A DNA stretch of 53,127 bases from a virus (IMGVR_UViG_3300034170_000039:1-53127), one strand, 5' to 3'. Counted from the stretch's first letter, positions 27,380-36,764 are shown. Translations and numbers: made by a program. The notes: generated by a model not told the origin, from the letters alone.

Positions 27380-27835
27380 TCATAACCGAGCCTCGATATG
27401 GACCTTAACCACTTTGAGCGCAGCAAACGACGGTACGACACCCATCATATGCGCCAGAATCTCGACCGGGGTCGGCCTTCTCGATGCCATCATCTCGTTT
27501 GCCTGATGCGCAAGAATTTCGTCAGCTCTATGTAGCGTCTGCTGTGTGGCCATCAGCCTCGTTGGCGCATTTAGCAGCGCAGAGAACGGCTGCATGTCGA
27601 TCACAGAACAGGCCTCACCCCATGCCATTTCAATTCGGTCAAGTACCGCGTCACGATCTTCGATTGGCGTCATATCAAAAATATGTTGAACCCAATCTGA
27701 TTTGATGGCCAGGCTGTCGTGGTCGCCAAACGTAAAGTGCAATGCTTTGGGCAGGCAACTGCTGACGATTTCCCTTGCGGCCAACCATTGCGGAAACATC
27801 TGTTCTATCGGCTTAAATTCAATGATATTGCTCAT
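27380..27835 (-). CDS. Hypothetical protein
   Basis: 151 aa, GAGG RBS, lower GC. Confidence 0.65.
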   Translation of the reverse strand: MSNIIEFKPIEQMFPQWLAAREIVSSCLPKALHFTFGDHDSLAIKSDWVQHIFDMTPIEDRDAVLDRIEMAWGEACSVIDMQPFSALLNAPTRLMATQQTLHRADEILAHQANEMMASRRPTPVEILAHMMGVVPSFAALKVVKVHIEARL

Positions 27836-27998
27836 GCCGCCGGCGCCTCAAGTCGTGTCATTGCGTAGTAGGTCGCGCATAGCAGAATGATTACAACGGC
27901 TCGTCGCCATATTTCCATGTCAGCAAACGGAATGAAGGCTATTGCTAAAAGGGGAAGGCCCGATGACCAGGACTTGAGACGCTTTCGAGTTACCTCTT

Positions 27999-28679
27999 TC
28001 ATGCTGCCTGCTCCCCAAGTACGCCAGCTTCCTCAAGAATCAATTGTGCTTCGACCAGAGCGGTATCCACAAGGCTTTCGAGGGCTTTATGGATGGACTG
28101 CCTCCAGCGGCGATAGGTGCGGTCGTCGAGGCCCTGGCTGTCCCAAGTGGTCATGTCGTAGTTGGAATCAGCCAGGATTATCGCCCCATCCTGCTGCGAG
28201 GTCCGGCGCTTGGCCGCTGATGCGTTTGCGCGCTCGACTGCGGCCTTTGCCGCCTCTGCCCGCCATGCCGGTGCGTCTTTGTCGAGCTCTACCGCTACGG
28301 CCTTCACAGGCTCCTTGCGCACGCCTTTGATTTGAGGGATGGCCCAGGCTGTTACGGCCTTCTGCGTGAATAGGTGTGGCGCCGGACTTTTCACGATCGC
28401 CACCAGCTTGCACGTCGCCTCTATTCTGCGTTTGTTGTGCGTGCTGAACTTGGCTGTAAGCGCATTCCAGTGCCGCGGGATGAGCACTTGGCGCAGTAGC
28501 GTGTGAATAAGGCAGTCCTGCAACAAAGCCCACTCCGCCCCGCAGATTTCACCCTTTTGTTTCGCGCACTGAACCTTTGGGTCATACCCTCCTGACGCTA
28601 CCTTGCTCATGGTCTCGGCAGCCAGGGCGCGGACAACAGCGGATACCACGTTTCTGTAGGTCATCAGATCAATCTCCAC
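27999..28679 (-). CDS. Putative late-gene antiterminator (Q-like)
   Basis: End of nin region; YRNVVSAVVRALAAE start, C-terminal HTH-like RTYRRWRQSIHKALESL. Confidence 0.6.
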   Translation of the reverse strand: MEIDLMTYRNVVSAVVRALAAETMSKVASGGYDPKVQCAKQKGEICGAEWALLQDCLIHTLLRQVLIPRHWNALTAKFSTHNKRRIEATCKLVAIVKSPAPHLFTQKAVTAWAIPQIKGVRKEPVKAVAVELDKDAPAWRAEAAKAAVERANASAAKRRTSQQDGAIILADSNYDMTTWDSQGLDDRTYRRWRQSIHKALESLVDTALVEAQLILEEAGVLGEQAA

Positions 28680-28728
28680 AGGGATGCGACAAAGAGGCCC
28701 TTATAAGTCCCGCTATTAGCAATCGACT

Positions 28729-29862
28729 TCATGCCGCACCTTCCTTGAGCATGTCCGAGTTGATCGTCAGGCGCCCGACCTCACCGTAGCTCTTGTGGTA
28801 GGTGATGACCTTGGCGTCACGCCCGCTGATCCAGCCGCCACGGCTTGCATAGGCGTCCGGCGCCGCCAGGGTGCGGTGCTGCTCTACGATCATCAGGTTG
28901 TTTTCCTTGACGTCGACGTGGTGCAGGTGACCCAGGTGCGCATAGCTGTGCTTGGTGCGACCGAAGACGTCGCGGAACTTGGCGACGAACACGTCCGCCA
29001 CTGCCGTCGGCTTCTTCTTGTGCCCGTGGTGGAAGAACAGGCTGGTCTGGCCATGCTCCACGCAGTAGTAAGGATCTGGACTGCGGTCGACGGTGATGCG
29101 CGGCTCGTTCTCGTAGATGGCCGAGAACCATTCGCGCAACCAGATAGAGCTGGCGGTGTCGTGGTTACCCTCGGCCATCAGCACATGAACCCGCTGGTGC
29201 TTGGTGAGCAGCATGTCGACGACGCGGCGGGTAACCCGGATTGCCACACGGACGAGCTTCTGGAACCTGGTGTCGGCGTCGAGTAAGTGCTTGCTGGCCG
29301 GCGTCACGGCATCGAGGCCGTCCCAATGAAGGTAATCCCCGAGCTGCGCGAACACCCCGAGCTCTGCATCCGGCGCCATGCGGATGGCCTCGGCGAACCA
29401 AGCAACGAGCTGATGCTCGGCAATGTTCAGGTCGTAGTCGGCGCCAGTTTCCTCGTGCCAGGACAAAAGGCCAAGGTGGTAGTCCGTGACGACATAGCAG
29501 TTCAGCAGGTCGGCGTTGCACGCAGACGGGGCTGGCGAGAACGCCATGCGTGGCAGGTCTTCACCCATAGCTGCAACGGCAGCCTCCATGATCTCGCGCT
29601 GGCGCTCATGGTCAATATTCGTCTTGACCCACTGCAAGACTGGGGCTTTCACCCCGTCTTTGTAGAGGCTTGAGGTGCCCTTGAGATGAAACCCATCCGG
29701 CACGATGTGGGTCATGTCGTGCTCAGGGCTCCAGCCTTTGCGGGCCATACGCGCCTTGCGCTTCTGCAGGCTGCGCAGGTGGATACCCAGGTGCTTAGCT
29801 GCTTCCGGCATCGTCCGGTTGTTGAGCGCTTCAATGACCTGTTCGTCGGTTACTTTGATCAT
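28729..29862 (-). CDS. Calcineurin-like metallophosphoesterase with N-terminal HTH
   Basis: TDYH, GDYLH, GNHD, HHGH, GHLHH metal motifs; EAAKHLGIHLRSL HTH. Confidence 0.8.
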   Translation of the reverse strand: MIKVTDEQVIEALNNRTMPEAAKHLGIHLRSLQKRKARMARKGWSPEHDMTHIVPDGFHLKGTSSLYKDGVKAPVLQWVKTNIDHERQREIMEAAVAAMGEDLPRMAFSPAPSACNADLLNCYVVTDYHLGLLSWHEETGADYDLNIAEHQLVAWFAEAIRMAPDAELGVFAQLGDYLHWDGLDAVTPASKHLLDADTRFQKLVRVAIRVTRRVVDMLLTKHQRVHVLMAEGNHDTASSIWLREWFSAIYENEPRITVDRSPDPYYCVEHGQTSLFFHHGHKKKPTAVADVFVAKFRDVFGRTKHSYAHLGHLHHVDVKENNLMIVEQHRTLAAPDAYASRGGWISGRDAKVITYHKSYGEVGRLTINSDMLKEGAA

Positions 29863-30083
29863 TAGGCGGCTCCGGCGGCTTTGTTTTCGAGTTCGATCAG
29901 CAGCTCCAGAAAGTGCTTTGCCTTCTCCAGATCCTTGATGCCGCCCTTGGCGCGCCACCGGCTGACGTATTTGATGACGCTACCCTCGGCGAAGGGGATG
30001 CCGTTCGCATGGATGTACTCGATGGGCTGGATCTTCAGGTCTTTGTAGTGGTCGCCGGATACTTGCTTCTCGAGTGCGCTCAT
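29862..30083 (-). CDS. DUF3310 protein (T7 gp1.7-like nucleotide kinase family)
   Basis: GDHYK...IQPIEYI...FAEGSVIKYVSRWRAKGGIKDLEKA. Confidence 0.85.
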   Translation of the reverse strand: MSALEKQVSGDHYKDLKIQPIEYIHANGIPFAEGSVIKYVSRWRAKGGIKDLEKAKHFLELLIELENKAAGAA

Positions 30084-30283
30084 GCTGCATTCCCCATTTT
30101 CGATTCAAAGTGTTTGACGCTTGCAGCCTTGGCGCTGTCCTCGTGCTCACCGGAGTAAATAATCTTTGCCTCCGGAACTGGCGTGCGCGCGATGAACATA
30201 TTTCCGAATTGCTGCCGGTAGCGGCTGACCAGATAGCCTTCCTCGGATGAGAGGCAGTTCGTGCTGATGCCTTTCCACTTCAT
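30080..30283 (-). CDS. Hypothetical protein
   Basis: Start MKWKGIS with GGAGG RBS; ATGA overlaps. Confidence 0.6.
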   Translation of the reverse strand: MKWKGISTNCLSSEEGYLVSRYRQQFGNMFIARTPVPEAKIIYSGEHEDSAKAASVKHFESKMGNAA

Positions 30284-30372
30284 GGCCGAGCCCTCCACCA
30301 GTTGATGACGTGGCCTTCCAGGAAGAACCAGGAGATGCAGAACAGCGTGGTGATGGTGACGGTGGTGGTCAT
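30280..30372 (-). CDS. 30-aa hydrophobic micropeptide
   Basis: MTTTVTITTLFCISWFFLEGHVINWWRARP; ATGA overlaps at both ends. Confidence 0.55.
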   Translation of the reverse strand: MTTTVTITTLFCISWFFLEGHVINWWRARP

Positions 30373-30623
30373 GGCGCCACCCTCTTCGCGCATCTTTTGC
30401 AGCGATCCCAGTTGCCAGGCTCAAACATCGGCATCTTGTCGGTGCTGGCTGCAGCAATGCCGCAAAGCGAAAGCCAGTAGGTCGCACGGCCATGGCTCGT
30501 CAGAACCGCCAAGCCCTTCTGTTTCGTGAAGTAGTGCGCCTTCCCCGTAATTGGGAACATTGGTTTGAGCCAGCCTTTTGCGGGACTGCTCGCACCGCCA
30601 GTGATTTGCGCAATCTGGTTCAT
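30369..30623 (-). CDS. Hypothetical Zn-binding protein
   Basis: KAHYF...SLCG...RCKRC. Confidence 0.65.
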   Translation of the reverse strand: MNQIAQITGGASSPAKGWLKPMFPITGKAHYFTKQKGLAVLTSHGRATYWLSLCGIAAASTDKMPMFEPGNWDRCKRCAKRVAP

Positions 30624-31216
30624 GCTGCAGCCCTTTTCAGTTCTCTGGTCTTTGCCCGGTACTCGGCCTTGATGGCCTTGATCTCTTCCACGGTGTACTT
30701 GCGCACGCTCTGGTCGGATTCCAGTGCGTCGACCGCCTCCTGGCCAATGCGCGCGATCAGGCCAATCCGGTAGTCCACGGCGTTGCCGGATAGGAATCGG
30801 TTGTCCTGCTTGCTCTGTGCATGGCAGTTGCGCTCATCGAAGCGCAGGTGCGGCGCGGAGCCGACGCTGCGGTAATGGCCGGCATCTACTGCGTTGCCGC
30901 TCCAGTCCAATGGCTTGCCGCTGGAGATGCAGAGGTGACCGGCGGCCTGGTCCCGGGTGCGGATGTACTCGTTGAACGCCTGCTGAGCCTCGCGCATGTG
31001 GTCGCCGCGACTTTTCAGCGCCTCCTTTCGAACCTTGATGTCGGCGCGGCCAACCTGGGCCAGCGACTTGCGCGCCTTCACCTCGTTCACATGCTTGATG
31101 GCCAGGCCGCACTTCGGACTGCACACGGCCTGCCCGAGGCGCTGCGGGACGAATGAGGCCCTGCATGCTGGGTTCTTGCAGGTCTTGGGCTTGGGTTGTT
31201 TGGCGGGAAGGCTCAT
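30620..31216 (-). CDS. ninG: NinG/Rap recombination endonuclease
   Basis: QQAFNEYIRTRD, DAGHYRSVGSAPHLRFDERNCHAQ motifs. Confidence 0.92.
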   Translation of the reverse strand: MSLPAKQPKPKTCKNPACRASFVPQRLGQAVCSPKCGLAIKHVNEVKARKSLAQVGRADIKVRKEALKSRGDHMREAQQAFNEYIRTRDQAAGHLCISSGKPLDWSGNAVDAGHYRSVGSAPHLRFDERNCHAQSKQDNRFLSGNAVDYRIGLIARIGQEAVDALESDQSVRKYTVEEIKAIKAEYRAKTRELKRAAA

Positions 31217-31386
31217 GCGTCGCGCCCCCACAAAAACCCAACGAGGGCCATTGCATCCGCAATAGCTGCTACCGCCCAGAACGAGGCCGGTGCATCAAAC
31301 GGGCCTATTCCGGCCTGCTTCAGCACTGCGCACATTGCAATGACGAGGATGCACTGAATCATTAAAAAGATAGGGCCCTGGTTCAT
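31213..31386 (-). CDS. Small membrane protein
   Basis: MNQGPIF..., two hydrophobic segments, ATGA overlaps. Confidence 0.55.
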   Translation of the reverse strand: MNQGPIFLMIQCILVIAMCAVLKQAGIGPFDAPASFWAVAAIADAMALVGFLWGRDA

Positions 31387-31661
31387 GCCACCACCTCCCG
31401 CGACTTCTGCTGCTCGGGCGCGAAATCGCCTCGCAGGGGCATCAGGTTCTTCTGAGAGAAAAGCCAAACATCGCCACCTCCTAAATCAATGAAGGCTGAT
31501 AGAGACCCGTCTGCGGCACCGGTGTGGAGGCATCCGTATGCGTCGTACTCTTTCTTGGAGTCGATAAGCAGCTCTAGAACCTCCACGGCTTTGCCTATCA
31601 GAGATTTATCGCCACAATTTATGATCAGCGCCAGGTCGCCCGGCTTGAAGTTATGGCTCAT
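31383..31661 (-). CDS. Hypothetical protein
   Basis: FKPGDLALI...LMPLRGD motif common in Pseudomonas phages. Confidence 0.7.
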   Translation of the reverse strand: MSHNFKPGDLALIINCGDKSLIGKAVEVLELLIDSKKEYDAYGCLHTGAADGSLSAFIDLGGGDVWLFSQKNLMPLRGDFAPEQQKSREVVA

Positions 31662-32128
31662 GCGGCCTCCTTGCTCAGCAGATCGGTGAAGACGACGCCC
31701 TGGCCGGTGAAGTACGTGGCCATGCGGTCGGTGTACTGGACGCCCTGAGCGCGATTGAACAGGCTGGTCACCGGGAAGCCGTCAGGGCCGAACAAATGGC
31801 ACTCGCCCATCATGGCCAGCTTGGTTTCGTAGGGCAGATGACGCATGACCCGATACCACTCGGCCTGGAACCCGGCGTCCTCGTTCAGCAGGATCTGCAC
31901 GCCGAAGTGCAATTTGCAGTAGCGACGGGCGTCGGCCGCGTCGCCTATCTGGGTCATCTCGGCAATCCGCTTGTACATCGCGAACCACAGGGCGTTCTGG
32001 TCGAGGGTGCGGTCCTTGCCAGGACGAAGGGAGACCACCACGAACTTCTTGTCCCGGTACATGGTGGTCAGGCAGGTGATGGCCTCGGAGAGCTTGGCCT
32101 GGCAGTTGACGCTTATTTTGTCCGTCAT
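31658..32128 (-). CDS. NinB-like protein
   Basis: RTLDQNALWFAMY..IA motif, nin position. Confidence 0.7.
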   Translation of the reverse strand: MTDKISVNCQAKLSEAITCLTTMYRDKKFVVVSLRPGKDRTLDQNALWFAMYKRIAEMTQIGDAADARRYCKLHFGVQILLNEDAGFQAEWYRVMRHLPYETKLAMMGECHLFGPDGFPVTSLFNRAQGVQYTDRMATYFTGQGVVFTDLLSKEAA

Positions 32129-32442
32129 GGCTTCCTCCGGTCGTGGAAGTTTCCGCCACGGCGCTTGTACAGAGTGTTGACTTGCGAATCGGCGGCACGC
32201 CCCGCATCGCGCAGACTCACATCGGCGTTATCCGCGAAGCCCTTCCACACGACCTCATCCCCAGCTTTTCCAGAAAGGACCAGTAGCACTGCGGTGGGCT
32301 CGCTCTTGACGTCGTCAGCCTGAATCCACTTGGCGACGGTACGCAGGTACTCGGCGATCTCGTTGCGCTTGGCTTGCTCTCCAGCGACACGCCTGTTGTG
32401 CAGGCAGCGGGAGGCTGGGAACTGATGAATTTCGGCGCTCAT
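32125..32442 (-). CDS. Hypothetical protein
   Basis: ATGA overlaps in nin operon. Confidence 0.65.
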   Translation of the reverse strand: MSAEIHQFPASRCLHNRRVAGEQAKRNEIAEYLRTVAKWIQADDVKSEPTAVLLVLSGKAGDEVVWKGFADNADVSLRDAGRAADSQVNTLYKRRGGNFHDRRKP

Positions 32443-33155
32443 GACTGCTCTCCCTGGCCCAGGGCGGCGTCGACCGTCCAGTCCTTGTGCTTGGCGCGCA
32501 GGCGGCTCAGCTCGCCCGCCAACTTTGCTCGGCTCGATTCAAGCCCCTCCACCTCGGCCTTCAGCTCAGCATTCACCCGCTCGTAGGCTTCGTAGCCGGT
32601 CTTGAGGCCTGCGACTTCAGCGCGGAACTGGTCGCGCTCGATAAGCACAGATGTGGTCAGCATCGACTTAGAAGCGGCATTTGCGGCTCGGTAGGCACTT
32701 TCAAGGCGCTCGTTCTCGGCCTTGAGCTGGTCGCGCTCGGAAACTACCGTCTTTACACGGGATGGTAGGTCGTGGAATCCGTGGCGCGATTTAGGCTCTT
32801 CCGGGCCGCGCACCGCCACTGCGATTTCCCCGAGAAGAACGGACAGGGTGTCGCAAAGCTCGGTCGCCTCTTGATCGCTCTCACGCAGCCGCTCGTTCTC
32901 GGCGATCAGGGCCAGGACTGCAGCAGGGTTGGCGGCCGCGATGAAGTCAGCGTCCGGCCGACGGATAACCCCTAACGGGTCGCTTTCATAACTCCACTCG
33001 TACACCACTACATCCATGCCGGTGTGGGTGCCGTGCTCGTTCCAAATATCCTGAACAATCTCGAAGCCTTGAGTGCTGTCGACCTCCCCGCACACACTCC
33101 ATGGCCCTGGGGTCGCAGCCTTGGCCAGCCGCTTCAGTTCGGCGTTGTCGGTCAT
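32439..33155 (-). CDS. Ead/Ea22-like protein
   Basis: LKRLAKAATPGPW...DADFIAAANPAAVLALIAENERL. Confidence 0.8.
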   Translation of the reverse strand: MTDNAELKRLAKAATPGPWSVCGEVDSTQGFEIVQDIWNEHGTHTGMDVVVYEWSYESDPLGVIRRPDADFIAAANPAAVLALIAENERLRESDQEATELCDTLSVLLGEIAVAVRGPEEPKSRHGFHDLPSRVKTVVSERDQLKAENERLESAYRAANAASKSMLTTSVLIERDQFRAEVAGLKTGYEAYERVNAELKAEVEGLESSRAKLAGELSRLRAKHKDWTVDAALGQGEQS

Positions 33156-33481
33156 AGCTCAGCCTCATCATCAAAGTCAGACGGGGTTCCAGCCTTCGCC
33201 AGCGCAACAACCTTCTCGGCCCGCTCTACCAGCTCGGGGTACTGATCGTTCCAGTTCTGCTTGTAGGCCTTGGCCATCAGCTCTTCCAGCATTGCGAGCA
33301 TTTGCGGGGCAGTTCGGATCAGGTAGGCGTTGGCCCACGACTCTTCGGCGATCACGAACTTGATGCCGTTGTGGTCCATCGCGCCAATCGTGGCTATCTC
33401 AAGCGGCTCACCGTCTCGCTCTACGCTGATGCAGTAGTCCTGGCGATCTACCAGCCATTCTTCTTTTGTGTGATTGCTCAT
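33152..33481 (-). CDS. Hypothetical protein
   Basis: MSNHTKEEW...ANAYLIRTAPQML; ATGA overlaps. Confidence 0.65.
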   Translation of the reverse strand: MSNHTKEEWLVDRQDYCISVERDGEPLEIATIGAMDHNGIKFVIAEESWANAYLIRTAPQMLAMLEELMAKAYKQNWNDQYPELVERAEKVVALAKAGTPSDFDDEAEL

Positions 33482-33750
33482 GCCCGCTTCTCCCCTGCTT
33501 CTGCGATCACTGCCATGCGCTCCAACTTGCGCGCCTGGAGCCACGCTTCTGACATGCGATCTCGCTCGCTACCCTTGTCGACCCATTCCCAGACCGGTCG
33601 GCCGTTGCAGACCATGTAGGCGCGGTACATCTTGCTGTACTGCTGCTGGCGGATCTGGGTGACGCCGCGACCCTTCAGGTAGCGCTCGTCCCCGGCTTGC
33701 GGCTTTGGCTTGGTTGATGCTGTGCTGTATCGAATGCTGGTAACGGTCAT
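33478..33750 (-). CDS. Hypothetical protein
   Basis: Start MTVTSIR overlaps stop of P gene; GGAG RBS. Confidence 0.6.
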   Translation of the reverse strand: MTVTSIRYSTASTKPKPQAGDERYLKGRGVTQIRQQQYSKMYRAYMVCNGRPVWEWVDKGSERDRMSEAWLQARKLERMAVIAEAGEKRA

Positions 33751-34490
33751 GGCCGCTGCTCCTGAGTCTTGTTCTTGCCGAACTTGGCCATCAGCAGCTC
33801 GCGCGCTGACTTGCCGTCGGCCGGGATGCCTTGCTGAAGGATTCGCGCCTGGGTTTGTTGGTCGGCCAGCTCGTTGGCGAGTTCGAAGGCGGTCTTCTGG
33901 CTGTCGTGGCCAATACCGGTGAGGATCTTCCCGTCGAGCGGCTGGCCTTCCTGGGCGCGGCGGATCACCACGGCGTAGTTGTGATCGAAGCGCTGGCGAA
34001 GGCCCTTGTCTTCCTGCTTGGCGGAACGCAGGTCGAACAGCCCGGTGGCAACAGCCGCGATCTTGACGCCCTCGTGGCTGTAGACGCCCATCAATGCCTC
34101 CACCCATGCGTCAGCGCTCGCTGGCAGGCCGAACACCTCAGGTCCAGGCTTGCACCAGCCTATGAACTGGCCGACGCTTGGAGCGAACGGTGAACCGCTT
34201 TTCCGGCACTGCTCGATTCCATAACGGATCTGCTCCAGCGTGCGGATGCCGGCGGCCATAAACCCCATCGTCCAGTTGCGCATTGCGGCGGCCTTGGCCT
34301 TGTCGTCCGGCCATGCCTGCTTGTGCGCCGGGAAGATGGCCTGTAGCTGGCGGAACAGGCGCTCGACCACTTCGCCGGTGGCGTCATCCACTACACCGAG
34401 CTGGGTGCCGGTTTGTGCCGTGGCCTGATAAGGGGCCGAGGTGCCCAATGCCCGGGCAGCGCCGGGGATCATCTGAGTGACGTTCTTCAT
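33747..34490 (-). CDS. Replication protein P-like (helicase loader)
   Basis: LFRQLQAIFPA, GIRTLEQI, PFAPSVGQFIGWC motifs. Confidence 0.85.
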   Translation of the reverse strand: MKNVTQMIPGAARALGTSAPYQATAQTGTQLGVVDDATGEVVERLFRQLQAIFPAHKQAWPDDKAKAAAMRNWTMGFMAAGIRTLEQIRYGIEQCRKSGSPFAPSVGQFIGWCKPGPEVFGLPASADAWVEALMGVYSHEGVKIAAVATGLFDLRSAKQEDKGLRQRFDHNYAVVIRRAQEGQPLDGKILTGIGHDSQKTAFELANELADQQTQARILQQGIPADGKSARELLMAKFGKNKTQEQRP

Positions 34491-35212
34491 AGGTCATCAC
34501 TCGTATCGGTGCGCCACGACTGGTCGTAGAAGTCAGGGCCGTTGCCAACAGTCCTGCCGCCCGCAACAACCTTCTCCGGGAACAGCCCGGTCCAGCCATT
34601 GCTGATGGACTGGTTGATCACGGCGTCAGCATCGTGGTGCCCTGCCAGGGTCTTGGCTTGCTTGGCGCAGGTGGTGGCGGTCAGTGGCTTCTTGATCTCG
34701 CGGCGGTGCTGGCACCATTCAGCCCAAACCTGCTCGCTAACGTTGGCCGGCTTGCAGGTGAGCGGGTCGAACTTTGGCGCCTTCTTTTTTCCCGCAGAGG
34801 GAGCGTCAGCGACCGGCTGTTCTGCTGGTTCAATGACTGGTTCAAAAGAGTGGCTGGTTCTGGTGCTTTCTGGGCCTACAGGGGGTGTAGGCTGTGTGCC
34901 TACACCTGTGCTTTTTGGGCCTACAGGGGTGCTGTTTGTGCCTACACCCCCAAGGGTCAGAAAATATAGGTTCGACGAGTTGCCTTTCGGACCATCGCGA
35001 TTCTCAATTTTCAGCAGGTTCTGCTCTTCCAAGTGCTTGATATGACGACGAACAGTGCTACGGTCGATCTCGCACTGATCGGCAATATGCTGGTAGGACG
35101 GCCAGCACTCACCCATGTCGTTGGCGTTATCGGCCAGCTTGATCAGCACCAGCTTGCGCAGTGGGTTGCCGACCTTGGTCTTCATGGCCTTTACCATCAA
35201 CTCCATACTCAC
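34487..35212 (-). CDS. Replication initiator (O-like, HTH)
   Basis: KLVLIKLADNAND.GECWPSYQHIA..CE HTH; WAEWCQHRRE...SISNGWTGLF; internal iterons. Confidence 0.88.
   Translation of the reverse strand: MSMELMVKAMKTKVGNPLRKLVLIKLADNANDMGECWPSYQHIADQCEIDRSTVRRHIKHLEEQNLLKIENRDGPKGNSSNLYFLTLGGVGTNSTPVGPKSTGVGTQPTPPVGPESTRTSHSFEPVIEPAEQPVADAPSAGKKKAPKFDPLTCKPANVSEQVWAEWCQHRREIKKPLTATTCAKQAKTLAGHHDADAVINQSISNGWTGLFPEKVVAGGRTVGNGPDFYDQSWRTDTSDDL
34863..34946. repeat. Replication origin iterons (four 18-bp repeats)
   Basis: GTGCTNTNTGNGCCTACA-like units at 34863, 34887, 34908, 34929 inside the initiator gene. Confidence 0.8.
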
Positions 35213-36006
35213 GCTGCACCCCGCATAGCCTTGTCATGGGTGAACAGGCCGTCCCAGGTCTTTTTCATTGGAAGTTCGCCGGCCAGGTACAGGTCGTACA
35301 GGCGTGCGGCGCCCTTCTTCAGCAGGACTGGCGTGTAGGAGATGAACGGGTCTTTGCCGTGCGGGGTGACTTCGACCTGGTGCTCGGTCATGTACTTGTC
35401 GCGGGCATACGAGCCAACACGGTGACGGGTGCCGGACTTGCTCTCGTTGTAGAGCCAGCTACGCGATTCAAGGTAATTACCCACCTGCATCACGTTGACC
35501 CCATTGAGTCCCTTGCAGAATTGGGTATGGGTCATGCCTTCCTTGAACAGGTTCTCCAGGGAATGGATCTTCGTGGCCTGCTGCTCGACCTGGGCGGTGA
35601 GCATCAAGCGGGCCTTTTCAGACTCCATGGCGATCTGCAGGATTTCGATGGTGGAGAGCTCAGGCGTTTCCAGCGCATTAATCTTGGCGACAACATTTCG
35701 GCGAACCGCTTTCGACTCTCGCATGGAGACCAGCAGGCACTGATCCTTGGTGAGCATCAGCCCTTCGGACGCCGGACCACGCTGATTCCTTACTACGAAA
35801 GTTTCGTAGTATTCGCCTTCAAGCTCATCACGGCACCGGGCCGTAAAATCATTGCGGCGAACTTCGCTTTCGCCAAACTCGGTGCGCGCAGAGTTCACGA
35901 GTTCGAGCAGATCAAAACTGCTCATCTTGTCTCGCGCCACGTTTTGCGATTGCAGAAAACGTGGCGCGGATTCGTTGGTGTTGACGACTGATTGGGGAAT
36001 AGGCAT
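35209..36006 (-). CDS. Antirepressor (KilAC/ANT C-terminal domain)
   Basis: MSSFDLLELVN, MRESKAVRR, YTPVLLKKG..RLY motifs. Confidence 0.8.
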   Translation of the reverse strand: MPIPQSVVNTNESAPRFLQSQNVARDKMSSFDLLELVNSARTEFGESEVRRNDFTARCRDELEGEYYETFVVRNQRGPASEGLMLTKDQCLLVSMRESKAVRRNVVAKINALETPELSTIEILQIAMESEKARLMLTAQVEQQATKIHSLENLFKEGMTHTQFCKGLNGVNVMQVGNYLESRSWLYNESKSGTRHRVGSYARDKYMTEHQVEVTPHGKDPFISYTPVLLKKGAARLYDLYLAGELPMKKTWDGLFTHDKAMRGAA

Positions 36007-36041
36007 TATTCGCTCCAGACATTAGTTGTATGTGCTGCACG

Positions 36042-36070
36042 AAAAGCCACCATTGCCCGGTGGCTTTTTT
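36042..36070. terminator. Bidirectional terminator (tR1-like)
   Basis: AAAAGCCACC/GGTGGCTTTT. Confidence 0.65.
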
Positions 36071-36133
36071 GTGCGCCTGATTTACTGCTTGGTTGTTTCA
36101 CTGGCAGATCCTCAATAGTCCCTGAGGGGCTAA

Positions 36134-36322
36134 TCAGCCCTTTCGTCCTATGGAAGCGACGTTGCTCCGGCTCTTTGGTGGCCGGGTCATTCGATCAAGC
36201 GCCCGGTTCATAATTGTTGCGGCCAGCTCTTCTGGGGTTACGCCGTTGCGTCTGGCTAGCAGCTCCAGATCGGCGACTCCCTGCCAGTCGAGCTGGATTT
36301 CCAGCGGTTTTCTTTCAGGCAC
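36134..36322 (-). CDS. Small DNA-binding-like protein
   Basis: AGGAGG RBS, GTG start; RHH-like pattern. Confidence 0.6.
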   Translation of the reverse strand: MPERKPLEIQLDWQGVADLELLARRNGVTPEELAATIMNRALDRMTRPPKSRSNVASIGRKG

Positions 36323-36340
36323 AGGGCCTCCTGGGCCACT

Positions 36341-36529
36341 TCAGGCCACGTCTGTTTTCGCGTTAAGCTCTTCCATCATCTGGTTCAGGCCGCGCTCGAG
36401 GATTTCCCTGGCGAGTACTGCTTTCTGTGTGCGCTGAAAACGAGCCATCGCTGTCAGCAGGTCGTCGGCCACCTCGTCGAGGCGGACCTTTGTGGGCTTG
36501 TCGTGCATATGGCTTGGGTCGAAGTGCAT
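36341..36529 (-). CDS. Small regulator in CII position (RHH-like)
   Basis: AAGGAG RBS; KVRLD...QKAVLAREIL; directly after cro. Confidence 0.6.
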   Translation of the reverse strand: MHFDPSHMHDKPTKVRLDEVADDLLTAMARFQRTQKAVLAREILERGLNQMMEELNAKTDVA

Positions 36530-36560
36530 CGTTATTGCTCCTTTGAGCAGGCAAGGTGGG

Positions 36561-36764
36561 TTAAGCGGCTGTTCTTTTGGCGGACTGAACTGGAAATGGG
36601 CGCAGCTCTTCGGCGGTGAAGGAGCCGTCGCAGTGCTCGATCACGTACACGTCGCGGCCAACACGGAGAGCCTTATTCAAGGCTCCCTGAGTCATGCCGA
36701 GCAGTACGGCAGTCTTTGTCTGCCCATTTGTTTCGGCGAATTTGGATAGCGGGATTCGGCTCAT
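36561..36764 (-). CDS. cro: Cro repressor
   Basis: GQTKTAVLLGMTQGALNKAL...AEELRPFP, lambda Cro-like; divergent from cI. Confidence 0.9.
   Translation of the reverse strand: MSRIPLSKFAETNGQTKTAVLLGMTQGALNKALRVGRDVYVIEHCDGSFTAEELRPFPVQSAKRTAA

Noticed and set aside
34863-34946. Short repeats as a CRISPR array
   Set aside because: Spacers of only 3-6 bp inside the initiator gene; these are iterons, and no cas genes are present
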